A stretch of 64,000 nt of DNA from Chrysomallon squamiferum (lineage: Eukaryota > Animalia > Mollusca): assembly GCA_012295275.1 (NCBI GenBank), contig CM022667.1, positions 14,260,001 through 14,324,000 on the forward strand, written 5' to 3'. A program made the translations under genes and the position numbers. The notes under the pieces were generated by a model. That model had not been told where the DNA came from and ran no database searches. It saw only the letters and a list, made by a program, of their open reading frames with translations. Of the stretch, positions 18,570 through 44,740 are shown piece by piece (positions within the stretch are counted from its first letter, which is position 1; every line of letters begins with the position of its first letter).

Positions 18570-18629
18570 TTCCAAAATCCGAAAAAATTCCTGTTCCAAG
18601 CGTTTCAGAGAAGGGATTCTGAACATGTA
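18570..18629. mobile_element. Probable terminus of a Tigger/pogo (MER2-like) Tc1-mariner element
   Basis: ccaaaatccgaaaaaattcctgttccaagcgtttcagagaagggattctgaacatg|TA resembles the MER2/Tigger end as I recall it (ccaagcatttcggataagggatactcaacctg|TA). The opposite end was not found. Confidence 0.35.
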
Positions 18630-19112
18630 TTATTATTATTATTATTATTCAGACACAGATAACAGTTTTCACAATCAAATACAATTTTAACGGAGCTGAT
18701 AAACATCAAGTTGGAAATTTTATACGTATTTAGTCATGAACTGAAAATCGCTAATTTCAGACACTCGTTACAATTTACACCGAGCATGTTTACGATTGTG
18801 CGTGTGTGTGTGTGTGTATGTATGGGTGTGTGTACTTTCAGAATCGAAAATTTGACCCATTACGAAGCAAGATTGTCTCTGACAAAGCTCACTTGATAAC
18901 GTGTGTTCCAAACATTCAATCTAATTTCTTTCATAACTTGCAGATTGTATTTGCATTGATATGTGAAGCGAAATCTGGTAAAATTATTTGTTTGCGCTAG
19001 ATAAAATAAAATAATTAAAAAATAAACTAAAACACAGTCTGAAAATTCAACGTTTCACTTGTACTTCTACTAGAAACATAGCTTTTAAACCAAATTAATC
19101 AGTGAAAAATCA

Positions 19113-19246
<134 letters not shown>

Positions 19247-19951
19247 GATTCTGAATTACAGATAAAAAAACAAAAAGCAGCAAGAACAATACCGACACGA
19301 AACTATATAATAAACAAAAATGAATTCTTATACATGTAGAAAAATATAAACAATTCACACTGGTTAATCATTTTCGTTCTGTACCTTACTTATGAATATC
19401 TTTAGTTAATATCATTAATTAAAATCGTTTGTTAAACCATACCAGGTGATGATGCTAGATTTTATTTTCAAGTCAAGTTACAATTTTACATTCTAATGGG
19501 AGTAAACCTTTGTTAAATATGTATGTTAGAATTACACATTTTTTTCTTTTCTAATTCCAGTCAGCTCTTATAGGTAAAAGTATAGGAGATGAAAGCAGCA
19601 GTCAAGTAACCAGAAAAGTACTTGAGACACAGAGACATTGGCGAAAAGAAATATTTATAATTCTTGCCTGCCCGCTTGAGTACAGCAAATCAGAAATATC
19701 ATCATATAACATTTATCAATTTAAAATATATGGTTATATGGGATTTACTGGTCCATTATATATAGACCATAATATACCATAACCATACTAACAAAGTATA
19801 CCTAATAATAACAAAGCAGGGAAGACGAAAGTAAAACAAAAATAAAATTACTGACAAATAAATAAATAACAGTTAGTTTAGGAATCATAAACAGCATTTA
19901 TCTATCTGTCTGCCTTTGTATCTAATTGATTAACGGGTTCTACTTTAACGA

Positions 19952-20233
19952 TTAGTCCTGAACGACACTGAACTGAGTCAAGGCTAGTAATGCAGTGGCG
20001 TACGTGTACGCCTCAGATGACCAATAAACGAAAAACGATTCTTCCATTCCACGGAACTTGCGTGGCGTCTTCACACCAAAGTGTTTCTCGTTCAACATGG
20101 CTTCGTATTCGTTTTCTGGAATGACGCCTTCGACAGCTCCTACGATGATTTCATTTGGAAAGTCTCCTTTATATGATAGCTTTGTTCCATTCATGTACTG
20201 CAGTCGACTGGAAGGATACCAGCATCGTGAATC
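19952..20233 (-). pseudogene. Orphan B-type terminal exon 8 (open reading frame, intact acceptor)
   Basis: tttcag|GAT TCA CGA TGC TGG..., 282 nt, DSRCWYPSSRLQYMNGT...TQFSVVQD*. No exon 7 upstream. Confidence 0.8.
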
Positions 20234-20470
20234 CTGAAAGCATTTTCGAATTAAATAAATAAATAAATAAATAAATCCAAATTTTAAAACATCGATCCCT
20301 GCTGTCTTTCGTAGCCTGCATTTCAAAACTGTAACTTTATCAACTGATTTCAGACGTTGTCTGAACCAATTTCAATTATAACGAGTAACTATATAGTTAA
20401 TAACTGCTAGAGCTGATTAATTACATATCTGACATATGTAATAGTGAAATTATACAAATTGTAAACTTAC

Positions 20471-20826
20471 TTTTCAACCACGACAACGTCTTATGCTCTG
20501 TGTCGTAGACAGTCCAAATGTTCATCAACGCAGTCAAAGTAATTGACGTCATCGATAGTCGAAATAATCGTATCAAAAAGAATCTTTCCATGATCCTTTA
20601 TTTATTTATTTATTTAATGCTTATTTAACTTTGTTTCGCTTACGAGTAATTAATTACATAGTTAATAATTGTCGTATGTAAAAGGGAATAAAGAAATTGT
20701 TTAAATTGTAAACTTACTTTTGAACCACGATAATGTCTTATGTTCCGAGTCGTAGACAGTCCAAATGTTCATCAACCCAGTCAAAGTAATTGACGTCATC
20801 GATAGTCGGTCGTCTACGTCAGTATT
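20471..20826 (-). pseudogene. Two tandem orphan B-type exon 6 copies (20826-20718 complete; 20561-20471 5'-truncated)
   Basis: Both match NTDVDDRLSMTSITLT..MNIWTVYD..HKTLSW followed by GTAAG donors. Confidence 0.8.
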
Positions 20827-20923
20827 CTGAAGTACATTGAAAATTAAATACAGTCAAAACATCTTATTCGTTGGTTTTGGCATCCGAAACGTATCCAAAA
20901 AGCGGTCCGAAACAAAGCAAATA

Positions 20924-20973
<50 letters not shown>

Positions 20974-21534
20974 CAAAAATATTTTCGAAAAATATTTTTA
21001 TGCTGGCACTCATTATATTAGTATACTTTAATCAGTGTTATCTGCGTAGGTGTTAACAATCGTCAATTTTATATACAGCGTTCAGGTTTTGAAAACGTAT
21101 GTGTCTACGGTGAGTCAAGTTTTTATCGAGGCACCTCCCTTTCCGAATAGGGTTATGTCTCCTGGTACTGTATTGAAAGGGAAAAAACTTCTCTTTCTTT
21201 TCTTTTAAATAAATAAATAAATAAATGAATATATAATTTCTGCACGTTCCTGAGCTGCAGTTTCTAAAATCCTTTTCTTAATGCGCCACTGTGAGTAGAA
21301 TAAAATTACATGCACGTGTTTTGATCATCCGCGGGAAGCGGCTGGGATAAGATATCTGCAGCTACGGCAGCTACGGTGTGTAACTCAGTGTTAACTGTTA
21401 TTAATTCTGTATAATTTCCAGCGGATCTGGAGTTTTAAGTTGTTATGTAGAGAGGAACTGGTTAATGTTTTAACATATCTGCTTTAAACTGCGAAGGTCA
21501 GAAGGCCGAACTGCTTCGAAATATTTTTCATCGA

Positions 21535-21568
<34 letters not shown>

Positions 21569-22219
21569 AAAGTACCTAATTCCGTTCCTAAACCCTATAT
21601 TTTGGTCAATTTGTGAAATTACATAAATATAACTCAATGTTTATAAATCAAACAGTTTATAAATCAAACACCTAAGACGCAGATATACGTCAATCTGTTT
21701 CTGCTCAGTTATGTAATTCAAGTCGACAACAGCCGATGTTGTAATTACGCCTTCTGTTGAGAATTCCCGTTGCTTCGTTTTGTAACATCCTTTGTTTTGT
21801 TGAAAACGATTGCCAGCACATGTCCGATGTCTGATCTGTGGATATGTTGTATATATATATATTGTTATTATTGTAAATCCACTGTCTTGTTATGATCATA
21901 TTAAATTTTGTGTGTATGTTTCCTCACATGCGGAAAATAATTTTAAAAATTATTACTCGAAATAGTTTAAACATCACCATTAAACAATATCAGGTTATGA
22001 TGCAAGATTTTATTTTCAAGTCAAGTTACAATTTTAAGTTCTAATCGGAATAAATTTTTGTTAAATATGTATGTTGCAGTTACACCTTTTTTCTTTTCTA
22101 ATTGCAATCAGCTCTTAAAGATAAAGATGTAGGACAGCTGTTTACAAGGAGAGTGATATCACAATTAGCATTTCTGAGAAAATCAGTTTCCAGTTTCTCC
22201 CATCCTTCACTGAATGTAA

Positions 22220-22284
<65 letters not shown>

Positions 22285-22553
22285 AGTAATATCTGACATG
22301 AATTGTAAATTAAATATCTATATGCTAGTATGATAATGGGCTCTGTCGGAAAATGTAAATACAATTGTGTAAATATATATATAGCGAACGAATGATTTTA
22401 CTTCAGCATTCAGAATTATTCAAGCACAAATGAACACACACAAATGTACACAGATATACAGAGATACTTAAGATATAGCGGACAGTTTTTTTTAAAATTT
22501 CATAACACGGTTCACTGGATAAAATCTGAACTGTATTGAAGACGTATAATTAA

Positions 22554-28285
<5,732 letters not shown>

Positions 28286-28437
28286 GTTATCATAAACATA
28301 AAGAACAATGAGAAAATTAAGCAGTTCATAATGGTTATATACCTTTCCCATTATTTACTAATGGCCTATCAACGACCAATGAAATTTGAATACAAATAAA
28401 TGGACAGATCCAGCAGTTCAGTAAAGCATGACGACAT

Positions 28438-28475
<38 letters not shown>

Positions 28476-29169
28476 TGTGTGTTTTGTGTGGCTGTGTGTG
28501 TCTATGGTATGTACCTAATTCCGTTCCTAAACCCTAAATTTATGTCAGTTTGTGAAATTACATAAATATAACTCAATATATACATTCAGTTTATAACTCA
28601 AACACCTAATACACAGATATCCGTGGCTCTGTTTCTGCTCAGTTATGTAATTCTAGCCGACAACAGCCGATGTTGTAATTACGCCTTCTGTAGAGAATTC
28701 CCGTTGCTTCGTTTTGTAACATCCTTTGTTTTGTTGAAAACGATTGCCAGCACATGTCCGATGTCTGATCCGTGGATATGTTGTATATTTTTTGTTATTA
28801 TTGTAAATCCACTGACTTGTTATAATTATGTTTAATTTTGTGTGAATGTGTCCCCACATGCGAAAAGTAATAATTCTTTTTTTTTTTTTTTGCTAATATC
28901 ATTACTCTAAATAGTTTGAATACATCACCATTAAACAATACCAGGTTATGATGCAAGATTTTATTTTCAAGTCAAGTTACAATTTTAAGTTCTAATCGGA
29001 ATAAACTTTTTTAAATATGTATGTTGCAGTTACACCTTTTTTCTTTTCTAATTGCAATCAGCTCTTAAAGATAAAGATGCAGGACAGCTGAATACAAGTA
29101 GAGTGATATCACAATGAGCATTTCTAAGAAAATCAATTTCCAGTTTCTCCCATCCTTCACTGAATGTAA

Positions 29170-29222
<53 letters not shown>

Positions 29223-30630
29223 TGAAGTAATATGTGACATGAATTGTAAATTAAATATCTATATGCTAGTATGATAATGGGCTCGGTAGAATGATCTCTG
29301 ACCACTGTTAAAATGACAGGTATCATCATGCATGAATGAATAATTAAATACAAATATCATAATGTATAATAACTTACTTCGTTCAATGAGAACGTCAATC
29401 TTTTAACTCAGTCTGTCATGGTTTTTTCTACTCAATTTTCAAGTTTGCTGAACGCCTTTTATACGATAGTGAAAATAGATAGTTCGAATAACGTCTTTGT
29501 TGACGTCATATAATTGTTGACGTCATAACTTCTATTTAATGTTTATAACAAATGATTCCATTGAACGACACTGTTATGTTTGTAGTGTTAAGTTGAATAA
29601 ATGATGAGACTACTGAAATATCATTAAAGTGTTTTTGTGATTAAGATTTTTAGCATATACTGCATAAAAACGAAACTGAGAAATAAAAAATAAAAAAGGA
29701 TAATGTAAACGAAAATTGCCAGACTAAATTGTTTATTTGTATACACATTTTGAAATATAGCTGAACAGACAGAAATGACAACTTCACAAATATTAAAATC
29801 TTTTGAATATAAGTAAGAAAATAAGTATTATAAATTAATATAAGATTTAAATTAGGAAATGACAAGAAAAGTTAAAAAAAACAGGCAGTCATGCGTTAAG
29901 GAATAGCAATGTTAGGTATATTTTTAGCATTACTAATTTTTAATTAAATAAATGTAGGTGTGATGTGTGTCTGTATATAGGTTTATGTGTGTATGTGTGT
30001 ATGTGTGTATATATATATATATGGTTGTGTGTGTGTGTGTCTGTGTATATATATATATATTTGTGTGTGTATGAGTGTTTAACAGGCCTTTAAGAGAATA
30101 TCGTATTTAAAAATCGTAGAAGATAATCTAGAACGTGAAAATCTGAACCCGTTTCACAGACAGTTTGTATTATTCATTCGCAGTAAGGTTGAATTACAAT
30201 TTATACCCGTTGTCCGAAGTTGAAAATTATAATAAATAAATAAATAAATAAAACTAATAACGATGATATGCCCTGTATTTAAATACCCTAATATTTTATA
30301 TTTCAGTAGTATTTTCATAAATACAAAACAAAAACAAATAATATTTCGACGTAAATGCAATTCTGTCCCAAAAGGCTTTATTTCTGGTCAATGTCAGAAA
30401 ATGCATAGATAATTGTACATATATATATATATATAGCATACGAATGTTTTTACTTCAGCATTCAGAATTATTCAAGCACAAATGAACAAAAACAAATGTA
30501 CACAGATAGATATAGAGAGATATATAATTAAACAAAAATACTTAAGATATATCGAACAGTTTCATTTTTTTAAATTTCATTATACAGTTCACTGCAAAAA
30601 ATCTGAACTGTATTGAAGACGAATAAATAA

Positions 30631-31820
30631 TTATTCCTGAATAACACTGCACTGTAACAAAGTTAGTAGCGCTGTAGCGTATGTGAACGCATCTGTTGAC
30701 CAATACAGGTATATCGAATCTTCCATTCCAAGAAACTTCTGTGGCGTCTTCACACCAAAGTGTTTCTCGTTCAACATGGCTTCGTATTCTTCTTCTGGAA
30801 TGACGCCTTCGACAAATCCCATGTAACTTTCTTGTCCTCGTTTACACTTGTTCCGTTGTAACCCTAAGAATATAATACTAAAATATAAAGCCGTGGTGTA
30901 AGTATATATATATAAAATGGTCTACATTTAAAACATACAATCATAAGATTTTAGTTGATTTCAGCAATACTGTATTTTGCATCCTTATAAATAATTCTTT
31001 ATCAAAATAGCGAGTTTGTCAAGATTGTTTCCATTATTTTCCTTTTATATATTCATTTATTTGTTTGTTTGTTTGTTTATTTATTTACTTACTTTTTATT
31101 TCTTTGTTTTGTTTTGTTTTATTTTATTATATTTTATTTTTATTTTTACTTTTATTTTTATTTTTAAAGGAAAATGTTATTCATTGATGTTTGTTGTTAT
31201 GTCTGGTTTATTTCTCAGGTTAATGTAAACTTAATTTCTTTATAGATTAATCACTAAGACATTTTGTTTCACTACCTAAAATTAACACACTAAAACACAC
31301 ACACACACACGAACATGCAGACACACATACACAATACGTACATCCGGCCCTATATTCCCTCCCGTGAAAAACGCGTCCTTATGTTTGTATCGACTTCCTA
31401 AGATATTTTTCTCCAGCCACCTGCAGCCTGCCGTCACGGTCTGATGGACATCTGTCGACGTGTCTGCAAGTAAACATGCGAAACAACACCAAGATACAAT
31501 TTACTGAACAATTCTGAATAAAAATTCTGAGGTGTATGAAGTTTATTCTGCGCTTCGAAAGGAAGTGGATTTAGAAACGGGTGTAGAACCGGTACAGAAG
31601 CAAGTTTGTAAAGGATTAATTGAGTATTTGGCGCTTCCTTATTGACTTCTAAAAACATAAATATTTATTTATTACTTACCTTTTCCATATCGAAAAAGTA
31701 ACTCTTTATTACCCTTCTCGTATTTATACCAAACGTATACTTGCATCTATTTCTATAATTCCAATATATTTAGCAACAACGACAGCAGTTATTATTAATA
31801 TTATTATTATTATTATTATA

Positions 31821-31887
<67 letters not shown>

Positions 31888-33145
31888 GGCTTAAATGCAA
31901 GTTTCACAAATCTGTTAATAAAATCTTTTATAGTTGATTTTATTTCATCTTGTGGTCGGCCTATTACTAAATCTGAAATAGTACATACGTCATCTGTTCG
32001 TACAAGAAGAAAACAGGAAAACCAGCTCACCACTGAACCAGGACAATGTCTTAGTGTCGGAATCGAACACAGACCAGCTATTCATCAAGGTACTTATCAC
32101 AACGGCTGTGGTCGACAGCCGGTCATCTACATTAGTTCCCTGAAATACAAAAAGAGTAGAGCACAATGCAAGTTTATCAGTAATCCTGTATAACTCGATT
32201 ATAATGTTAAGTATAAACAGAGTAAAATGATAAAATCAAATAAAGTGACAGCATGTCATTTATCTCGTATAATGTCACAAATGAACAATCCCATATAATG
32301 CAGTACTAGAAGAAACTCGTACAATATACAGTGGACGATCATTTCCGCACACAAGCACACGTCTATTAATTCCGTGTAATCGAATTCTTCAGCAAAACAG
32401 GAAAGCGTATTGTTAAAGTTGCAGCACGGAATGGCTACCTTTCACTCATCAGCGATACCGTACACTGTAGCATTTCATTTCATCCGCATAGCGTCTTGAT
32501 AGACTTTTCTATTTTTCATTATAAAACAGCACATAGTGAGGCAGCGTGAATATTACATTTACGACAAATGATATGGTGGCATACTTTACTGCGCTGGTAT
32601 GGCAGATACATCTGCAATACTTGATAACAAAACATATTTACTAAGTGAATAATTCCGATATATAATATTATACTGTTATATATATATATATATATACACG
32701 TACATACTCAAACATACAGAAAAACAGATATATACATTGATGTACAACCAGAAAGATAGATAGATAAAAATTATAACAGATATTGATGCTAATAAGTACA
32801 ACCGTTACTTTACTTACAGTGGACACATTTCCAAGGACACCATCGAAATAGATTTCGTCTGAGTTGTCACCAGGTTTAACGAGTCCTAATATTTCTTCAG
32901 TTATTTGACCTCTGAGGAGTTCTTTAATTGTGTCATAATGTACAATGATTGCCTGAAAATGTAGATAAAACTAATAAAATGATATAAAGATGTAAATGAG
33001 CATTGTAACCCATATTCCGTATTTTATATTGCCTTGAATAAATGATCCAGTGATACAAATGATGATCGGTAAAGTGAAATGATTATAAATTTTGTTGGCT
33101 TTAGTATACGTTTGTTTAATAATACTGAGATATACGTATATTAAG

Positions 33146-33216
<71 letters not shown>

Positions 33217-34467
33217 GTAAGATGTAATGAGGTGTTTAAACACTTACAGGATGTGGCAGATTTTCTCGCAGTTTGAATCTCTCAATCACTGACAAGGTTC
33301 TAGATAAGAACCAGTAAAAATAATTAACAGAACCATAGTAGTTCAGACCAAGATCTGGGCGTTCACAAAACTTGTTTACAGTCATATACTTTATTAGTGA
33401 TGTGGTATTCAGGTAGATCTTCTATATAGAAAAAAGAAATATTTTTTTTTTTATATTCATGTGTATGATAATATATACTACATACATATGAAATTCCCTG
33501 TACTTTTCTGTGCAGTTTGTTCCCTACAATAACTATATACTCATACAGATATATATATATAAACATAAATGAAAAAACTATCATCTCTACATGTTCTTTA
33601 ACTAGTTCCCACCTTCATAATAATTAATTTCTTTCTTGCTTTTTTTCTTAATTTATTTATTTTATCTTTTTGTATTTTTATTTGACTGAAATGAAAGAAT
33701 TAGCGATGTGATTGTTTTCAAACCTGTAGTTCTGGGTCGTCCAATGTCTTTGCAGGAAGAACCTTTGTCAATATGGCCTCTGTCGTTGTGGAAACAATTC
33801 GGTGACAAATAATCAGATCGATGGTGTTAGTAAGTGCTGACGCATCCCAGTGAGGCTGGAACTCGTTTAGTAGCTGAGATAATACAGTTAATTATTAGAA
33901 TAGTAACGCACACCAACAGCAAAAACACAACCATCACAACCTACCATCACCATACCAATAGTAAACCAGTATTATTATTATTATTCTACAAGCACCACCA
34001 CTATTACTATCAACAATAGCAAATAATATTACTACTACATTACTACTACTACTACCAGCACTACAAACCACATTTTAGCGCCAATCACAGCAACAAGATC
34101 CACAGTTGCAACCATTACTATTACTTGTGTTAATATCGAGATCAGTTCCATTTGCCAATTCCACCACCCCATACTTACACACTTTTTACAGCCAGCAGTC
34201 AGTATTATTATTACCACCAGCACTACTATTACCACGGCAACAGCACCACCACAACTTCTACTACTACAACTACTATTACCACTATAACATTTATTGTTAC
34301 TAACATAATTACCACTTCTACTACTATAACATGTATTGATTGCAATATCATTAAAACACTGCTTTACAGCAGCATCAGTATCGCTGTCACCACTACTACT
34401 GTTACTTTATTCTCAACCCATGTTGTAACGATACTGAGGTCATCGCCATTAGCTTCAGCTTCATGAA
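30631..34467 (-). pseudogene. Family copy A3, exons 2 (part) to 8; 5' part lost in the gap; exon 8 frameshifted
   Basis: Exons >34467-34418, 33873-33724, 33421-33248, 32952-32818, 32139-32031, 31463-31342 and 30863-30631. Exon 8 is 233 nt (36-nt and 13-nt deletions versus A2). Confidence 0.8.
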
Positions 34468-34667
34468 NNNNNNNNNNNNNNNNNNNNNNNNNNNNNNNNN
34501 NNNNNNNNNNNNNNNNNNNNNNNNNNNNNNNNNNNNNNNNNNNNNNNNNNNNNNNNNNNNNNNNNNNNNNNNNNNNNNNNNNNNNNNNNNNNNNNNNNNN
34601 NNNNNNNNNNNNNNNNNNNNNNNNNNNNNNNNNNNNNNNNNNNNNNNNNNNNNNNNNNNNNNNNNNN
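34468..34667. other. Assembly gap (200 N)
   Basis: Run of exactly 200 N, typical of a fixed-size scaffolding gap. Confidence 0.99.
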
Positions 34668-34779
34668 GTAAAACTAATGTAATAATAAACAGAAAAAACT
34701 AATAAGCACAAAATTAGCAAAAATCACAAGAAAAACAAACAATAAGAACCATTAAAGTGTATGTCATAATATTTATTAT

Positions 34780-34811
<32 letters not shown>

Positions 34812-36018
34812 CTTAATTATTATTTTAATGTTAGTTCTCGACCCCATGTAAAATAAAGACATTTCCCGATTTTCGTAGATTCTCTGCCCTGGCTGCATTT
34901 TATAAATTAATTAACATTGTCTTTGTGACTCACTAGCACAGTATAGAGAATGTCAAAGCATACGTTTCCACTTACGTAGAGTTTCAGAACACGATGCACC
35001 TAGCTAAGTCAGGAGAATTTATATATGTTTTGCACATACGGCGTATTTTGTGAAATACATATGTGTGTGTCTGTGGGTGTGTGTGTGTGTGTCTGTGTGT
35101 GTGTGTGTGTGTGCGTGTCTGCAACATAACAGCAACAGCAAATATTGTCATTTTCATTCTGAACATTATTAACCCTATTGCTTTCAGTAAGCCAGAGTTA
35201 AAATTCCTTAAGATCGTTTTCTTCTCATCCGCACACGAATATTTGTTATTTTAATGTTTACTTGAAGGGCCGGCTCAAGGTACAGGCAGATCGGGCAATC
35301 GCCAACTCATTTATTTGAGATCTTCAAAATATAAAGGGAAAATATTAAGTAATAATTAATAGAAACATTTTAAATTCCTTAAGTGGAGTCAAACTGTCGA
35401 GAATCTGATTATTAATTCCTTCTGTGATGGGATCAAACTATTAAAAAGAACTGAAAAAACGACTTTATGGTTCATGAAGCGATATTCTTCATTAATTTCT
35501 ATAGATTTATTGCAACCTTGTACTACTTATAATAAATTAACAGGAAGAAAAAAAATATAGGAAAACGAAAGAAATATAGAAATGAAGAAAAAAAGGAAAA
35601 CAATTTGCAATTTCTTCCATCCTCCACTCAGTGTGAATAAAAGTTGTTTAGTTTTGCCCAGTGAATGTAAAACAAATATAATAATAATAACAACAACAAC
35701 AAAAATAATAATGATAATGATAATGATGATGATGATGATAAACGTAATAATAATAACAAAGGCAGGAGTGAAGTCATCACAAACACTTCTAAGACTTACA
35801 CAGGCAGAGGAAAGAAAGACTGATCATTCTTGCCAGTGTGAGTAGAACAAATCAAAAATATTTTTTAAATTTGGTGAATGCTTTTAATAAACTGCAAGAA
35901 AAACACAGAGTAATATAAAGAAAAAAATAAATGAATAAATAAAAATTCGCGCAGAAACTATAAACATCATCTGTCTGTCTGACTATATCTGTGAACCTGA
36001 TGGGTTCTACTTTAACGA

Positions 36019-42178
<6,160 letters not shown>

Positions 42179-43898
42179 GTTTGTCAGAGGCCCAGAGGAG
42201 AGACTACTGAAATGCTTTAACAATTCTCTGAAACTTATATAGACACACAGAAAGAATAACAACGTCTAGACAGAACATCTGTGACAATACAGTGACAGCT
42301 GCAAGGTTTCAGATTTATGATATATATGTATGACATGCATGTATGTATTTTAGAATTTTAATATTCTCCGTCTTATGTACGTCTAATATTCGGGGACGCA
42401 CTGGCGCAGGAAAACAAAGTCCAAACACGATCTAACAAACCCAGTCAAATGTCGGTGACGAGACTCGAAAGTATGACAGATCTAATCAGTACATAATAAG
42501 ACACCGAAAATCCAAATCTTGAAACAAACACATACAGAAATGCACACGAATGCATATGTATACATGCACATATACAAATACATACAGACATGATTATACA
42601 CAGACATAGACGCCTACGTACATATATAATACATGTTAACTTAAGACATCTTAATTGCAGATAACTGAGACTGATATGGTAACAGCTGTTTCATCTGGAC
42701 ATTATTATCCTATCATATAGTGGCCCGCGTACGCGGTTCGAGTTTCCTCAGCAGCATTTGGCGAGTTCTGTAAGGTCGCGATTGGAATTTGTCCTACTGT
42801 GCCAGTTCCTTCCCGAATACACAAACACACGTACGTACACAGATTCCTGTATACACATACTCAGAAGTACGCAAAAACAGACATGGACACGCATGATAGC
42901 GTATATATGCAATTACATGCACACACATATGTAAATACACACACACACACAAACACACACACATACATATTTTCATGCATATACATATTGAGGGGTACAC
43001 CCACATACATACGAACATATATGCGTGCATATATAGATACATAGATATCTACGTACATATGTAAATTAAGTTATCTTGTGATTTATTAATTGCAGGTGAA
43101 AAAAATTACTAAAAAAACCCACAACATCAGTACAAAAAAATAAAAATAAAAAATTCAAAAAAAACAAACAAACAACGTTAGTCAAGCAAAACAATTATTG
43201 ACATTTTATATAAAAAAAATTGAGTTTAAAATATTAATAATAATAAATGTATTAAAAAGAAAAAGCAAAATGAAGAAAAAAAAATTAAAATTATGTAAAA
43301 GAGGAAACTTATAAAAATAGTAATACAATTTTGAAAACAGAAAGAAAGAAACAATTTTTCTTTTTGGAAAAATTAAAGAAAATAAAAATAGAACAGTTAA
43401 TTATTTTCAGTAACCAAGTTCTTGTGTTCACACAAATTCGACAGATAAACTTTAATTAAATTAGTTGTCTCATAAATACTTTTTTAATTAACCAGTATAT
43501 GAGGAGATGCAATCTCGTTCTTAATTAAATTCATCGGTATATTGTACAGAACGTAAGGCATAAGCCTCCCAAGACAAAAGCTGCCCCCAGTTGATTTGCA
43601 AAGACAGACATAAGCCAGACAGCGAAAAAACAAGATAGGGCAAAAGCCCCTCCAGATGAAATGAATAGAAGGAGTTAAGCCCTTCCATAGATAAAATGCA
43701 ACTTTGGAAACAGTCTCTTTATTAAAGCATACATATATGGCGTGATTATCAATCGATTTATGTGTTTATTCGATCAACATAATTAATAATTACAAGACAA
43801 TAGTGACAGTAATAACAAATAACGTAACCCATATCGTGCTTTTTACGATATTCCATATCACGTAGTGTCTCATTTCATTATTATTATTATAATTGTTA

Positions 43899-43990
<92 letters not shown>

Positions 43991-44042
43991 TGTTTCGAAC
44001 CTGCTGTGGTTTAATTTATATTTAATTATCAATGTACTTCAG

Positions 44043-44151
44043 AATACTGACGTAGACAACCGACTATCGATGACGTCAATTACTTTGACTGCGTTGATGA
44101 ACATTTGGACTGTCTACGACACGGAACATAAGACGTTGTCGTGGGTGAAAG
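44043..44151 (+). pseudogene. Orphan B1-type exon 6 on the plus strand
   Basis: ttcag|AAT ACT GAC GTA GAC AAC CGA...GTG AAA G|gtaagtctccatag. The downstream intron matches B1 (4200-4410, reverse complement). Confidence 0.8.
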
Positions 44152-44536
44152 GTAAGTCTCCATAGTTTTTATTCTTGTAAAGTTTATACTAGGCAAAAGT
44201 TGCTTCTATTCATGTTTTAGAATGATATGATTCAAAATAATTTGTATTGTTTAAAAGAAGAAATAATGAAAAAACAAAAGTAGGCATGGAATCTAACATA
44301 TCACATTAAGAAGCATTATTTCTGTCTCTGCCTTTAATTGCTTTGTAAGTGCATTATGTTATATATATACATATAATTAGAAATCTACAGCCATCGATAT
44401 TATATAATGAAATAATGGAAATAATGGAAATATAGCGAAATATATTCTAATTATATATATATATATATATATATTTGAAATCAACAGCCATGGATATTAT
44501 ATAATGAAATAATCGAAATAGAGCGAAATATGTTCT

Positions 44537-44708
44537 AACATGGCTTCGTATTCTTTTCTGGAATGACGCCTTCGACAAATCCCATGTAACTTTCTTGTGG
44601 AAATCCCATGTCCTCGTTTACACTTGTTCCGTTGGGATATTCCAGCCGATTTGTAGGATACCAGAAATTGTAACCCTAAGAATATAATACTAAAATATAA
44701 AGCCTTGG

Positions 44709-44740
<32 letters not shown>

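Noticed and set aside
34364-34720. ORFs spanning X residues
   Set aside because: They are artefacts of the N gap.
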